Shown one piece after another: positions 17,833 to 26,972 of a stretch of 64,000 nt of DNA. The translations under genes were made by a program, and so were the position numbers. The stretch is from Trueperaceae bacterium (GTDB lineage Bacteria > Deinococcota > Deinococci > Deinococcales > Trueperaceae). The notes under the pieces were generated by a model. The model made no database searches. It worked only from the letters and a program-made list of their open reading frames with translations, and was not told the DNA's origin. The DNA is taken from positions 704,001 through 768,000 of the forward strand of contig JAXHNB010000006.1 of the NCBI GenBank assembly GCA_034520945.1, in the 5' to 3' direction. Numbering within the stretch: position 1 is the first letter of the stretch; every line of letters begins with the position of its first letter.

Positions 17833-17862
17833 TTGACAACGCGCAAAGGCGGGCGCTATGTT
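17833..17862 (+). promoter_or_regulatory. Sigma70-like promoter of the ABC operon
   Basis: TTGACA-N18-TATGTT about 95 nt upstream of the binding-protein ATG. Confidence 0.55.
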
Positions 17863-17955
17863 CCGTCTAGCATCCAAAACTTGGGCGCCGTCGGAAGTCA
17901 GCGCCGTGGATTCGGCCGGTTCCGATGCCTTCGAAGAATCTTGGGGAGGTAGCAT

Positions 17956-18966
17956 ATGTTGAAACGCACGTTGTTCGCGATCGGTTTGGTGTTCGCGCTG
18001 TCGTCGCCCGCTTTGGGGCAGACCGTGAACGTCCTCTGCAGCCCGGACCTCGCCTGGTGCGAGGCGCTGGGTCCTGCCTTCGAGGAGGCTACGGACTACG
18101 ATCTCGAGTTCGTCCGCCTCAGCTCCAGCGAGGGGCTGTCGCGCCTGCGCGCCGAGGCCGAGAACCCCGTCTTCGACGTGTGGTTCGGTGGCACGGGCGA
18201 CCCGCACCTGGTCGCGTTCCACGATGGCCTAACCGAGTTCTACGAGCCCTCGTCGTGGGATCAGCTTTTGCCCGAGCTCCGCAACGCGGTGGGTCGGACC
18301 TACATCCCGCTCTACACCGGCCCGATCGGCTTCGTGGTGAACGAGGGGGTGTTGGAGGAGGAAGGCGCACCGGTCCCGGAGTGCTGGGAGGACCTACGCG
18401 ACCCGGCCTACAAGGGCCTGATCGGCATGCCCGACCCGAACTCGTCCGGCACGGCGTACACCATCATCGCGACGCTGGTGCAGGTGTTCGGTGAAGACGA
18501 AGCCTACGATCTCCTCGGAGACATTCACCAGAACGTCTCGCAGTACACCCGCTCCGGCAGCGCGCCTGGGCAGTTGGCCGGCCGCGGCGACGTCGCCATG
18601 GCGATCCAGTTCCTCCACGACGGTGCCAAGTTCGCGGCGCAGGGCTTCCCGCTCACCAACATCGGTCCCTGCGAGGGCACCGGCTACGAGATCGGCGGCC
18701 TGAGCCTCGTCGCCAACGCCCCGCACCCCGAGGCGGCGCGGGCGTTCATCGAGTGGGCACTAACCCCCGAGGCGCAGAAGATCGGTGCGGAGCGTGGCGA
18801 GTCGTTCCAGCTCAAGTCGCACCAGGACACGCCCGTACCCGAAAAGTTCCCCGACCTCGACCAGCTGAACCTGATCGAGTACGACTTCGAGAAGTTCGGC
18901 GATCCCGAGGTTCGCGATCGCCTGGTCGAGCGTTGGACCAACGAGATCTTCCCGGTTCCGCGCTGA
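17956..18966 (+). CDS. ABC transporter substrate-binding protein, AfuA/FbpA family
   Basis: Signal peptide; 'RLRAEAENPVFDVWFGG', 'NSSGTAY', 'FLHD', 'EGTGYEIGG'; GGAGGT SD. Confidence 0.85.
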   Translation: MLKRTLFAIGLVFALSSPALGQTVNVLCSPDLAWCEALGPAFEEATDYDLEFVRLSSSEGLSRLRAEAENPVFDVWFGGTGDPHLVAFHDGLTEFYEPSSWDQLLPELRNAVGRTYIPLYTGPIGFVVNEGVLEEEGAPVPECWEDLRDPAYKGLIGMPDPNSSGTAYTIIATLVQVFGEDEAYDLLGDIHQNVSQYTRSGSAPGQLAGRGDVAMAIQFLHDGAKFAAQGFPLTNIGPCEGTGYEIGGLSLVANAPHPEAARAFIEWALTPEAQKIGAERGESFQLKSHQDTPVPEKFPDLDQLNLIEYDFEKFGDPEVRDRLVERWTNEIFPVPR

Positions 18967-18985
18967 GCCACGGCTGCTACTGGGC

Positions 18986-19020
18986 GGAGGCCCGCCGCAC
19001 GTTCTTCGCGGCGGGCCTCC
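18986..19020 (+). terminator. 13-bp perfect hairpin between binding-protein and permease genes (mRNA stabiliser or partial terminator)
   Basis: GGAGGCCCGCCGC-N9-GCGGCGGGCCTCC. Confidence 0.6.
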
Positions 19021-19061
19021 TTCTCGCCCCGGGTTGATCCAAACCAAGGAAGGATATTTTC

Positions 19062-21278
19062 TTGGCACGCCAATCTTCGTCGCATGGATGGGCGCTCGAA
19101 GGTCGAAGCGGCGCCTGGGCATTCGCCGCCGTGGCGGCAGCCAGCCTGCTGACGCTCCCGCTCGGTCGGCCGGACCGTGCGCTGCTGGAGCTCGATCCGG
19201 CGTTCAACATCTGGAACCTGGCGGTGCCCCTGTTGTGGGTGGCGCCCGCCGCCGCGATCGCCGCGACGCTGGTGTCCTTGTCGCCGCTACGAAAGGCCGT
19301 GCGGGGGGAGTTCCTGACGGCGTGTGGCGCGGCTGGCCTGCTCGCTGGCATCGGGTGGTTGATCGTGACCGCCACGCCGTTCGGCATCGGCGCTGTGATC
19401 GCCCTGGCGGCGCTGGTCATCGTGACCGGGTTCGGCCTCAGCGAGTCGGGACGGATTCAGGGCGACGCCTTCATCGCCTCCAGCATCCTGTTCGTCGGCC
19501 TGTTCATCGTGCTGTTGATCCTGTACCCGCTGCTCACGGTCCTGCGTACGTCCGTGGTCGTCGATGGGCAGTTCACGTTCCAGAAGGTGCGGGAGACCCT
19601 CGGTGGCCCGCGCTTCCTGATGCTCCAGAACGTCTACTCGCCGCGCAACGAGCTCGCCTGGATCGGCGGCTTCGGCGCCGCCGGCGTCGCGCTGGGGGCG
19701 GTATGGGCGGCGTGGCGGCGGCTGCGGTGGCCGCGGGCACTGCGGCGTATCGCGCTGGTCGGCATCGTTGGCCTGTCGCTCGGCATCATGGTGTTCGGTC
19801 GCGGGGCCATGGTCACCAGCGTGGTGCTCGCCATCATCGTTGCCACGTCGGCGACCCTGCTCGGTTTGGCGTTCGCCCTGCTGGGACAACGTACGCGCGT
19901 CGGTCCGATCCGCCGTTCCCTGAACGCCGTCAGCCTGCTGCCGATCATCACCCCGCCGTTCATTCTGGCGTTCTCGATGATCTTCCTGTTCGGTCGGCGC
20001 GGCATGTTCACACACGACGTGCTGGGACTGTCCACCAACTTCATCTTCGGGATCCCCGGCGTGGCGATCGCGCAGGTGCTGGCCTTCACGCCCATCGCCT
20101 ACCTGGTCATCCAAGGCTCCGTATCCGGCCTGGATGCTTCGCTGGAAGAGGCGTCCACCACGCTGGGCGCCAACCGTTGGACCTTGTTTCGGACCATCAC
20201 CTGGCCGCTGCTGCGGCCGGGCCTGGCCAACGCCTTCCTGCTGTCCACCATCGAGTCGTTCGCGGACTTCGGCAACCCGATCATCCTGGGCGGCGACCGC
20301 CGTTACCTGGCGACGGAGGTGTTCTCGGCCTTCTCGGCCCGCTTCGACCCCAGCGAGGCCGCCGTGTACGGCGTGGTCCTGCTGTTCATCGTGTTGCTGG
20401 TCTTCGCCGCGCAGGCGCGATGGTTGGGCCGAAGCTCGTTCGTCACCGTGACTGGCAAGCCGTCGCAGGGACGTTTCGTGGCACTGCCACGTGCGCTGGA
20501 GGCGGTGCTGGTCGGGTTGTTCGTGGTGTGGTCCCTGATCGTGCTGGCGCTCTACGCTTCGATTCTCTATGGTTCGGTCGTGAAGCTTTGGGGCGTCAAT
20601 ACCTCGTTGACGTTGCAGCACTACCGCGACCTACTGAACACGGGCTGGCCCACCTTCCTGTACACGGTGCGGGTGGCGGTATTCAGCGCCATCCCCGCGG
20701 CGCTGCTGGGGTTCCTGATCGCCTACCTGGTGGTGCGCCATCGCTTCTGGGGCCGGCGCTACATGGAACTCGGTTCGATGTTGTCGTTCTCGACGCCAGG
20801 CACCGTGATGGGGATCGCGTACATCCTGGCGTTCAACACCGGCCCGTGGCTCCTCACCACCACGACCGTGATCCTAGTGCTGGCGCTGATTTTCCGCAAC
20901 ATGCCCGTCGCGATTCGTGGCGGAGTGGCGGGACTTGCGCAGATCGATCCCAGCCTCGAGGAGGCTTCGACGACACTCGGCGCGTCGTCCAGCACGACCC
21001 TACGGCGGATCCTGCTGCCGCTGCTGATCTTCCCATTGCTGGGCGGGCTGATCTTCGGGTTCGTGCGCGGCATGACGGCCATCAGCCAGATCATCTTCCT
21101 GGTAGGCCCCGGCAACATGCTGGTCACGGTGCTGCTGCTCGGCTGGGTCGAGCAGGGCCAGAATGGGCGCGCAGCGGCGATGGGCTCCCTGTTGATCGTG
21201 TCGATGTTGACCGTGATCCTGCTCCTGATGTTGCTGTCGCGCATGCGTGGCGTGCGCACGACGGAGGTGATGCCGTGA
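19062..21278 (+). CDS. ABC transporter permease, AfuB/FbpB-like with two permease modules
   Basis: Two EAA motifs 'LEEASTTLGA'; many transmembrane segments. Confidence 0.88.
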   Translation: MARQSSSHGWALEGRSGAWAFAAVAAASLLTLPLGRPDRALLELDPAFNIWNLAVPLLWVAPAAAIAATLVSLSPLRKAVRGEFLTACGAAGLLAGIGWLIVTATPFGIGAVIALAALVIVTGFGLSESGRIQGDAFIASSILFVGLFIVLLILYPLLTVLRTSVVVDGQFTFQKVRETLGGPRFLMLQNVYSPRNELAWIGGFGAAGVALGAVWAAWRRLRWPRALRRIALVGIVGLSLGIMVFGRGAMVTSVVLAIIVATSATLLGLAFALLGQRTRVGPIRRSLNAVSLLPIITPPFILAFSMIFLFGRRGMFTHDVLGLSTNFIFGIPGVAIAQVLAFTPIAYLVIQGSVSGLDASLEEASTTLGANRWTLFRTITWPLLRPGLANAFLLSTIESFADFGNPIILGGDRRYLATEVFSAFSARFDPSEAAVYGVVLLFIVLLVFAAQARWLGRSSFVTVTGKPSQGRFVALPRALEAVLVGLFVVWSLIVLALYASILYGSVVKLWGVNTSLTLQHYRDLLNTGWPTFLYTVRVAVFSAIPAALLGFLIAYLVVRHRFWGRRYMELGSMLSFSTPGTVMGIAYILAFNTGPWLLTTTTVILVLALIFRNMPVAIRGGVAGLAQIDPSLEEASTTLGASSSTTLRRILLPLLIFPLLGGLIFGFVRGMTAISQIIFLVGPGNMLVTVLLLGWVEQGQNGRAAAMGSLLIVSMLTVILLLMLLSRMRGVRTTEVMP

Positions 21279-22351
21279 GTCTCGCGGCCAGCTTGCAACC
21301 CGCACCGGTCGATCTCCGGAACCTGACCAAACGCTTCGATCAGACCGTCTTGGCGGTGGACGAGGTGAGCCTGCGGATCGAGCCGGGATCGCTCGTGACC
21401 CTGCTGGGACCGTCCGGATGCGGAAAGACAACGACCTTGCGGATGATCGCCGGGCTCGAGATCGCCAGCGAAGGCACCATCCTTATCGACGGGGAGGACG
21501 TGACGCGGCTTCCCGCCAACCTGCGCGACGTCACCATGGTGTTCCAGAGCTACGCGCTGTTTCCGCACATGAACGTGTTCGAAAACATCGCGTACGGCCT
21601 CCGCGTCGCCCGTCGCAGCGAGCCCGAGATCAAGGAGCGCGTGCGGGAGGTCCTCGACCTGGTCGGGCTTCACGACCTCGAACACCGCAGCCCCGGTGCT
21701 TTGTCCGGGGGCCAGCAACAGCGGGTGGCGCTGGCCCGTTCCCTCGTGATGCAGCCGCGCGTGCTGCTGTTCGACGAGCCGCTCTCCAACCTCGACGCCA
21801 AGCTGCGGCGCCGCGTCCGCCAGGAGATCCGTGACTTGCAACAACGCCTCGGCATCACCAGCGTCTACGTCACGCACGATCAGGAAGAGGCGCTGGCCAT
21901 CAGCGACGTGATCGTCGTGTTGAACGAGGGCCACATCGAGCAGGTCGGTTCGCCGCAGGAGCTGTACACGAAGCCGGCCAACCGCTTCGTGGCCGACTTC
22001 ATCGGCGCCGCCAGCTTCCTGCAGGGCCATTATGACGGCACGCATGCCGAGGTCGCCGGGTACCGTTTCCCCCACGAGCAGGACATGGAGCCGGGTCCCG
22101 CGACGGTGATGGTGCGCCCCGAAGCGATCGAGGTGATGCGAAACGCCGAGCAGGGCCTGAAGGCGACCGTGATCGCGGCGTCCTACCTCGGGATCGCCAC
22201 GGAGGTGCTGTTGGACACCCCCGCGGGCGAGCTGGCGGCCGTCATCACCGGCGAAGGACGCTCGGACCTGAAGAAGGGGCAGGAGGTCGGGGTGACCTTC
22301 CGGCCCGCCGGGTTGTACCTGTTGCCCGAAGGGGGCGACGCGCAGGCCTGA
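21275..22351 (+). CDS. ABC transporter ATP-binding protein (AfuC/FbpC/PotA-like)
   Basis: 'GPSGCGKT', 'LSGGQQQR', 'LLFDEP'; GTGA overlap with permease. Confidence 0.93.
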   Translation: MSLAASLQPAPVDLRNLTKRFDQTVLAVDEVSLRIEPGSLVTLLGPSGCGKTTTLRMIAGLEIASEGTILIDGEDVTRLPANLRDVTMVFQSYALFPHMNVFENIAYGLRVARRSEPEIKERVREVLDLVGLHDLEHRSPGALSGGQQQRVALARSLVMQPRVLLFDEPLSNLDAKLRRRVRQEIRDLQQRLGITSVYVTHDQEEALAISDVIVVLNEGHIEQVGSPQELYTKPANRFVADFIGAASFLQGHYDGTHAEVAGYRFPHEQDMEPGPATVMVRPEAIEVMRNAEQGLKATVIAASYLGIATEVLLDTPAGELAAVITGEGRSDLKKGQEVGVTFRPAGLYLLPEGGDAQA

Positions 22352-22363
22352 CGGCGCGACACC

Positions 22364-22807
22364 TCAACGTGGTACGGACGGCCGCGTACCCACGCTCACG
22401 AGGGCCAGGCCGAGCCCCAACATGACCGGCTGCCAGAAGAAGAACGACGTGGTCCCCATCTGCGCCGTGATCCACACGATCAGCGCGACGCCTGCGCTCC
22501 ACCCCCCGTGGACACGCAACCCGCGCACGACGCGAGCGGCCGGCGGGTGGCGGGGAATCATCAGCGCGGCGAGCACCACCAGGGGGTAGACACCCAGCAC
22601 GCCGAGCAGGATCCAGCCGGGCAAGAGGAAGTCGGGAAACGGCGTGCGCGCCAGAAAGGTCACGTCCATTCCCAGGGCCGCGCCGCTGCGATCGCGAATC
22701 ATGGACCCACCCCCCACGATCGCGCCCACGGACAACGGGGCCAGCAACGTGCACAGCACGTACGACGTGACGTTCCTTCGCCACGTACCCGCCATGGCCG
22801 TCTCCAT
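22364..22807 (-). CDS. Hypothetical membrane protein
   Basis: About four hydrophobic segments; 'TPFPDFLLPGWILLGVLG'; start 22807 or 22795. Confidence 0.6.
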   Translation of the reverse strand: METAMAGTWRRNVTSYVLCTLLAPLSVGAIVGGGSMIRDRSGAALGMDVTFLARTPFPDFLLPGWILLGVLGVYPLVVLAALMIPRHPPAARVVRGLRVHGGWSAGVALIVWITAQMGTTSFFFWQPVMLGLGLALVSVGTRPSVPR

Positions 22808-23011
22808 GCCTAGCTCCCTCGTGCAGCCGTCGATGCGGCAGGGTACGAACGTCTCCATTCTGGCGTGAGGGGGGGGCGGAGATGGCAGGAGCGGATGTCC
22901 CTGCGCGCCCGGCATCGCCCACGCCCACGTGCGCCGAGGGACCTTCGCCCCTGTCAGGCACGCGGCACCGGGACCTAGGCTCTGGGCGAACGCTGGGCCG
23001 AAGGGAGCGCC

Positions 23012-23473
23012 ATGGGTGCCTACCTCCTCTTCGCAGTCGGATTCACGGCCATCCATGCCGCCGCCTACGTGCTGGCCGGCGTCGTGGCGTTGGCCGTCAG
23101 CAAGGATCTGTACGCCGCAAAGGACCGCGTCCTGGACTTCCTGCACGACATGTCGGACCCCGTGGAGAGCCGGCACGTGCAGCGCACCTTCCTGCCCGCG
23201 CAGCTGCTGCGCGGCCTGCTGATGGCGGTGGTGCTGTTCCCGGTGTTGGGTGCGCTCAGCGAGATGTCCTTCGCCCTGCGCACCGTGTTCTTCGCATCGT
23301 TGACGTTCGTGTACCTCGAGGTCGCCAGCTCGATCCCGTTCAGCACCAACATCGAAGGCTACGTGTACATGAAGGCGCGCTACCGGCGCCTTCCCTCGGT
23401 CTGGAAGCTCTACCTGGAAGTGATCCTGTACAGCCTTCTGTTGGGCTTCGCGGCGTCCTGGCTTCTGTTCTGA
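23012..23473 (+). CDS. Hypothetical membrane protein
   Basis: GGAG SD; four hydrophobic segments; coding-like codon usage. Confidence 0.65.
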   Translation: MGAYLLFAVGFTAIHAAAYVLAGVVALAVSKDLYAAKDRVLDFLHDMSDPVESRHVQRTFLPAQLLRGLLMAVVLFPVLGALSEMSFALRTVFFASLTFVYLEVASSIPFSTNIEGYVYMKARYRRLPSVWKLYLEVILYSLLLGFAASWLLF

Positions 23474-24028
23474 GTCAACGAAAGGGCGGCGCCGCCTCAG
23501 TCCCGATCGTCCGCCTAGGGTTCCGGGCTTCCGTGCGCCTCGAGGGGCGCGGCGGCCGTCGCGGGAACCTCGCACACCATTGGGAAGGCGGCCGGCGCGC
23601 AGCCTGCGACGGCAATGATCACAAGTGCCGAGGACACGATGTGGGCGGCACCGATGGACCGGACGTGTCCCTGAAGGGAACGCAGCACGGGCTCGGCTGA
23701 GATCACGGGCATGGGCCCATGATACGCCTTCACGATAGGGCGATGCCGTGTACGCTCGGCCGTATCGTGCCGCCTCGGCAGTCCGACGCAACCTGCGGCA
23801 TTCCCCCGGATGGCCTTGCGTCGCCCGAGATTCATCATGTCGAGTCGGGCGGTCGTGCACGTGGGTGGTCGCCCCAATGGCGCTGCCACATGCCCCGGGA
23901 CGGTTGGCGGTGCGAACGCCCGAAGGAGCATGCCTGGCTGACGTTCTGGCCGCGTTCCAACGCCTGGACCAAATGCCCGCGGACGTCCTGCAGGTCGTGC
24001 TGGACATTGAAGGGGACAAGGAGGCGTC

Positions 24029-25435
24029 ATGACGAAGATCACCTTCATCGGAGGCGGCAGCACGGTGTTCGCCAAGGCTTTGATGGGCGATCTGCTCTCG
24101 AAGCCGCACCTGGCGCACGCAGAGTTGTGCCTGTTCGACATCGACCCCGAGCGTTTGCGCCTGTCGGAGGCCGTCGGGCACCGGCTGGCGGACGCGCTGG
24201 GCGTCACGCCCCGCATCACCGCCACCACCGACCGCGAACGCGCGTTGGACGGCGCCGACTACGCGCTGAACATGATCCAGGTGGGCGGCTACCGGCCCAG
24301 CACCGTCATCGACTTCGAGATCCCCGCCCGGTACGGCCTGCGGCAGACGATCGGCGACACGCTCGGTATCGGCGGGATCATGCGGGCGTTGCGCACCATC
24401 CCGGTGCTGCTGGACATCCAGCGCGACATGGAGCGCCTGTGCCCCGACGTGCTGCACCTCAACTACGCCAATCCGATGGCCATGAACTGCTGGGCGCTGC
24501 GGCGCGCCAGCCCCATCCGCACCATCGGGCTGTGCCACAGCGTGCCGCACACCGCGGACAAGCTCGCCCATGATGCCGGCGTTCCCGCCGACGAGCTGCG
24601 CTACCTCGTGGCGGGCATTAACCATATGGCGTTCTTCCTGCGACTCGAGCACGAAGGGGCCGACCTCTATCCACGGTTGCGGGCACGCCTCGAAGAGGGT
24701 CGCGTTCCGGACGACGACCGCGTTCGCTACGACCTGCTGGGGCGCTTCGGGTACTTCGTCACCGAATCCAGCGAACACCTGGCCGAGTACGTGCCTTGGT
24801 ACCTGCATGTCCGCCGGCCCGACCTGGTCGAGAAATACGGCATTCCGCTGGACGAGTACCCGCGGCGTTGCCGCCTGTACGAGGCGGCGTGGGGCTACAT
24901 CGAAGCGGAGCTTCGCGAGCCGGGAAGCCAAGACCCTGAGGCGCTCCGCCAGCGCCTGTGGGCGCAGGAACCGGACGCCATGCCCAGTCAGATCGACGCC
25001 ATCACGGGCGACCTGGCCGCCATGGACGAGGTACGACCCAGCGGGGAGTACGCGTCCGACATCATCGACTCGGTTCATACCGGGGAGCCGCGCCGCATCT
25101 ACGCCAACGTCCCCAACCACGGCTCGATTCAGGGCTTGCCCGACGACTGCTGCGTCGAGATCCCGTGCCTGGTGGACGGAACCGGTGTGCATCCGACGCG
25201 GGTGGGTGCGCTGCCGCCGCAACTGACGGCGTTGATGCGCACCAACGTGAACGTGCAGGAACTCACCGTCGAGGCCGCCCTGAGCGGCCGACGGGACCAC
25301 GTGCACCAGGCCGCGCTGCTCGATCCGCACACCGCGGCGGAGCTGGGCCCGGACGAGATCGAGGCGATGGTGGACGAGTTGCTGGAGGCGCACGCCGACC
25401 GGTTGCCCGAAGGGCTGCGGCCGGTGGAGCGCTGA
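24029..25435 (+). CDS. melA: Family 4 glycoside hydrolase (alpha-galactosidase/glucosidase, MelA-like)
   Basis: 'KITFIGGGS', 'IGDTLGIGG', 'NYANP', 'GLCHS', 'GINH', 'TESSEH'; AGGAGG SD. Confidence 0.88.
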   Translation: MTKITFIGGGSTVFAKALMGDLLSKPHLAHAELCLFDIDPERLRLSEAVGHRLADALGVTPRITATTDRERALDGADYALNMIQVGGYRPSTVIDFEIPARYGLRQTIGDTLGIGGIMRALRTIPVLLDIQRDMERLCPDVLHLNYANPMAMNCWALRRASPIRTIGLCHSVPHTADKLAHDAGVPADELRYLVAGINHMAFFLRLEHEGADLYPRLRARLEEGRVPDDDRVRYDLLGRFGYFVTESSEHLAEYVPWYLHVRRPDLVEKYGIPLDEYPRRCRLYEAAWGYIEAELREPGSQDPEALRQRLWAQEPDAMPSQIDAITGDLAAMDEVRPSGEYASDIIDSVHTGEPRRIYANVPNHGSIQGLPDDCCVEIPCLVDGTGVHPTRVGALPPQLTALMRTNVNVQELTVEAALSGRRDHVHQAALLDPHTAAELGPDEIEAMVDELLEAHADRLPEGLRPVER

Positions 25436-25439
25436 GCGC

Positions 25440-25664
25440 CTACTTCCTCAGCGACACGCCGCGCAGGCGGGCCCAGCCCGCCCCGATCGCTGCGCCCACG
25501 ACGAACGACCCGCCAAAGTGCAGCACGTCGGACACCTCGGGGTAGGCGAAATGCAGGGTGGTGCCGCCCAACGCCATGAGGGCCAGGCCGAAGCCCGCCG
25601 CGTACCCGGGCACCGAGAGGCGAGGGGCAGCGTCGTCGGGCGGCGAGTCCTGGCGTGCCTGCAT
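25440..25664 (-). CDS. Small two-helix membrane protein
   Basis: Two hydrophobic helices in a 74-aa ORF. Confidence 0.45.
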   Translation of the reverse strand: MQARQDSPPDDAAPRLSVPGYAAGFGLALMALGGTTLHFAYPEVSDVLHFGGSFVVGAAIGAGWARLRGVSLRK

Positions 25665-25845
25665 GCCCCCAGCATAGATGATGTGAGAAAGCGCTTGGTT
25701 CGAGTGGTGGATGCACTCCCCTGTACCATCTTCGTCGGGGGTCCGTTCGAGCACCGATCCCGTTGCGCCTACGGCCGGATGGGCATGCGGCGGACCGACC
25801 GGCGGGATCGCTGACTGAAGCCCGGTGGCAAGGCGGGCGGCAGCG

Positions 25846-25874
25846 CGAGAGCCCCACGCAAGGTGGGGCTCTCG
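25846..25874 (-). terminator. 12-bp hairpin downstream of the SDR gene
   Basis: CGAGAGCCCCAC-gcaag-GTGGGGCTCTCG, about 22 nt past the SDR stop. Confidence 0.55.
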
Positions 25875-25896
25875 AGGCCAACGGGGGCGCGCGACG

Positions 25897-26652
25897 TCAC
25901 ATGGCCGTGGTGCCGCCGTCCACCATGTAGTAGCCGCCGGTCAGGTAGCTGGCTTCGTCGGAGAGGAGCATCACGGCTAGATTGGCGACCTCCTGTGGCG
26001 TGCCGTAGCGCCCGAGCGGAACGATTCCCTTGAAGGCGTCCTCTTCGGTGGCGCCGACGTTGCTTTCGATGCTGCTCATCATTCGGCCCTTGATGGGGGC
26101 GGGGCAGATGGCGTTGACGCGGACGTTGCGCCCGGTCTGCTCGAGCGCGGCGGTGCGGGTGATGCCGATGACGGCGTGCTTCGAGGTGATGTAGCCGACC
26201 AGGCCGGGTGAGCCGGTGAGGCCCGCGACGCTGGCCGTGTTCACGACGGCGCCACCCTCGGACATGCGTGGAAGCACGTGCTTCAGCCCGAGGAACATGC
26301 CCTTGACGTTGACGGCCATGACCTGGTCGAACGCCTCTTCCGGGTAGTCCGGGATCGGTGCGGCAGGACCCTCGATGCCTGCGTTGTTGAAGAACAGGTC
26401 GATCCTACCGAAGGCGTCGACCGCCTTCTTGGCGTACGCCTCTACCTCCGCTCCATTCGCGACGTCGGCGCGGACCCCTTCGGCCGTGCCGCCAACCGCA
26501 CGAATCGCATCGAGCGTGGCCTCGATCGCCTCCTGGTTCAGGTCGACAACGAGAATCTTGGCCCCCTGCTTCGCGAGGGTCACGGCGGCGGCGCGACCGA
26601 TGTCGCCCCCTCCGCCCGTAACGATGGCGACCTTTCCGTTCATTTCGAGCAT
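25897..26652 (-). CDS. SDR oxidoreductase
   Basis: 'TGGGGDIG', 'NNAGIEG', 'YITSKHA'; AAGGAGG SD. Confidence 0.9.
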   Translation of the reverse strand: MLEMNGKVAIVTGGGGDIGRAAAVTLAKQGAKILVVDLNQEAIEATLDAIRAVGGTAEGVRADVANGAEVEAYAKKAVDAFGRIDLFFNNAGIEGPAAPIPDYPEEAFDQVMAVNVKGMFLGLKHVLPRMSEGGAVVNTASVAGLTGSPGLVGYITSKHAVIGITRTAALEQTGRNVRVNAICPAPIKGRMMSSIESNVGATEEDAFKGIVPLGRYGTPQEVANLAVMLLSDEASYLTGGYYMVDGGTTAM

Positions 26653-26972
26653 GTCGCGCCTCCTTACGCCGGGTCGGGATCGACCTCGGTGATGCGTGAA
26701 ACGCTAGCAGCGGCGTGGGGGGACGCGTGTCCCGGATCAGGCGACTTGGCCACGAACTGGCTCTGGCCGTCCTGCGGTGCAGGGCGCGTTCGGCGCATGC
26801 CCCGACGGCCCGTGGCACGGACGCGGGGTGCGGCCATGGCCGGCATTGGGGACACAGGTCCCCAGGGGTCGTTGGTACGGTCGCCGTGGAAGACGCTTCG
26901 GGCTGGGCGGGCCGGAACAGGTCCGTGCCGACGGGACGAAGCCTGCGATCGAACCGCCCTTAGGAGGTGGTC

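Noticed and set aside
17360..17950. 600-bp intergenic region as a possible riboswitch or ncRNA
   Set aside because: No known riboswitch consensus recognised; only a promoter and weak leader pairing; an Rfam/Infernal scan would be needed
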